This document shows, in pieces, positions 62,657-64,000 of a stretch of DNA of 64,000 bases (position 1 is the stretch's first letter; each line of letters opens with the position of its first letter). The stretch comes from Eledone cirrhosa (lineage: Eukaryota). The translations under genes were made by a program, and so were the position numbers. The stretch lies in contig OZ024744.1 in the NCBI GenBank assembly GCA_964016885.1, positions 125,736,001 to 125,800,000 of the forward strand. The letters are read 5' to 3'. A model generated the notes under the pieces. It was not told the origin of the DNA. It saw only the letters and a list, made by a program, of their open reading frames with translations, and did no database searches.

Positions 62657-64000
62657 TATTATTTGTTTTATTATAATCAAAATATGCTGTTAGTTAGATC
62701 TGCATTGTGTACATTTTATATAATTTATGCCAGTTCCTTTTCTACATATCGAACATGGCCATTTCCCTGACGGAATAGAGTTTTGTCCTCTTTTCTACTC
62801 ATCAACACTCATTCGTGACACAAAGTACAGCCAGCGGCATCATTGCGGACAGACTTAATCCTGATTTGCACTGACACACTGCCTCGCAATACGGAACACC
62901 GCACGTCTTTGATCTTCTTCCCGTCGATCAGCCTCCTTGCCATGCAAAGTACACCTGACGTCTAGCTTCTCTCTTAGCGGCGGCGGCTGTATATTCTTCT
63001 CTACTCCCACTAATTTTCCAAGCATTCCATGCTAGTCTTTAGTCTCCAATGGCCCGATCTACAGTTTCTGTCTCAACTCGTCTATGCTTGGTCGTTCCCG
63101 CACATTGACATTGCACATCCAACGGAGCATGCTTGCTTCATTTCTCTCCAGCCGTCGCATGTCCTCTGCAGTTGCTGCCCGTGTCTCACTACCATGCAGC
63201 ATCGCGCATCTAAACCTGGCCCTTACCCTAACCCCAACCTCTTTGGTTTTCGTTTTCTCGACGGCTAGCCGCATTTCGTGATCCGCCTTTCGATTGCGCT
63301 TCCGTCGCGGCAAAAGAATTGCCTTTCCAGACCGCCGTCGCCCGACCGGACCCATGATAGAAGACGTTCGTTACCGTTGGAGCAACGCAAATTACTCCTC
63401 GGTTGACGCCAAAAACGAACGCCTTCCCGCCTCGCGCCGCCTTCTCCTCGCCGACCCTCGGCCTCGACGATTAGCCACTTTCCGTCACAGCAGTAGATAC
63501 GCGTCCGTCGTAATAGCCGTCATTTTAACGCAGGAGAAACGCCTAATTGCCCTGCACCGCGTTTGACGGCGATCTACGACGGCGACGATGCGCGCACTCT
63601 TCCTTGCTGCGACGAAGGTTTCGGCTTTTCGTCGTGGACCCGGTCAGGTCATGCCGCTGACCTCGCGTTACGGCGACGCGAGAAGACGTTCGTTACCGCT
63701 GGAGCAACGCAAATTACTCCTCGGTTGACGCCAAAAACGAACGCCTCGCGCCGCCGCTTCCTCCTCGGCCTCGACGATTAGCCGCTTTCCGTCACAGCAG
63801 TAGATACGCGTCCATCGTAATAGCCGTCATTTTAACGCAGGAGAAACGCCTTGACGACGATATACGACGGGTCGACGACGCGCGCACTCTTTCTGCTGCG
63901 ACGAAGGTTTTGGCTTTTCGTTGTGGACCCGGTCGGGTCATGCCTCTGACCTCGCGTTGCGTCGCCACCGCCGCGGCGGGCTTGGGTTTAGCCGTAGCTA

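Larger units (their letters stand above)
35895..64000. repeat. Macro-repeat unit 2 (runs off the window)
   Basis: Near-identical to 1-~29810 except array copy numbers, one swapped segment and the missing CR1. Confidence 0.97.

Overview
Eukaryotic, repeat-dominated DNA. The SINE family and microsatellite load suggest an octopod cephalopod; this is recognition from memory, not a database result. The window holds about 1.8 copies of a near-identical ~36 kb tandem macro-unit: position 1 recurs at 35895. Each unit carries a (CCCTAA)n tract, a 169/172-bp array, a CpG-rich leader and a collapsed rDNA-like locus. That locus is a recognisable 18S 5' end, then a ~3 kb satellite built from short out-of-order 18S and 28S segments joined at microhomologies, then a 28S 3' end with a sarcin-ricin-loop-like motif. 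It is followed by a G-rich 15-bp tract, a 1584-bp-period array of large palindromes (ending in a Helitron-type 3' terminus in unit 2), and a long spacer of decayed LINEs, SINEs, MITEs and minisatellites. The only credible CDS is a 921-aa CR1-type EN+RT ORF, present in unit 1 and absent from unit 2. The other listed ORFs are repeat artefacts or LINE fragments.
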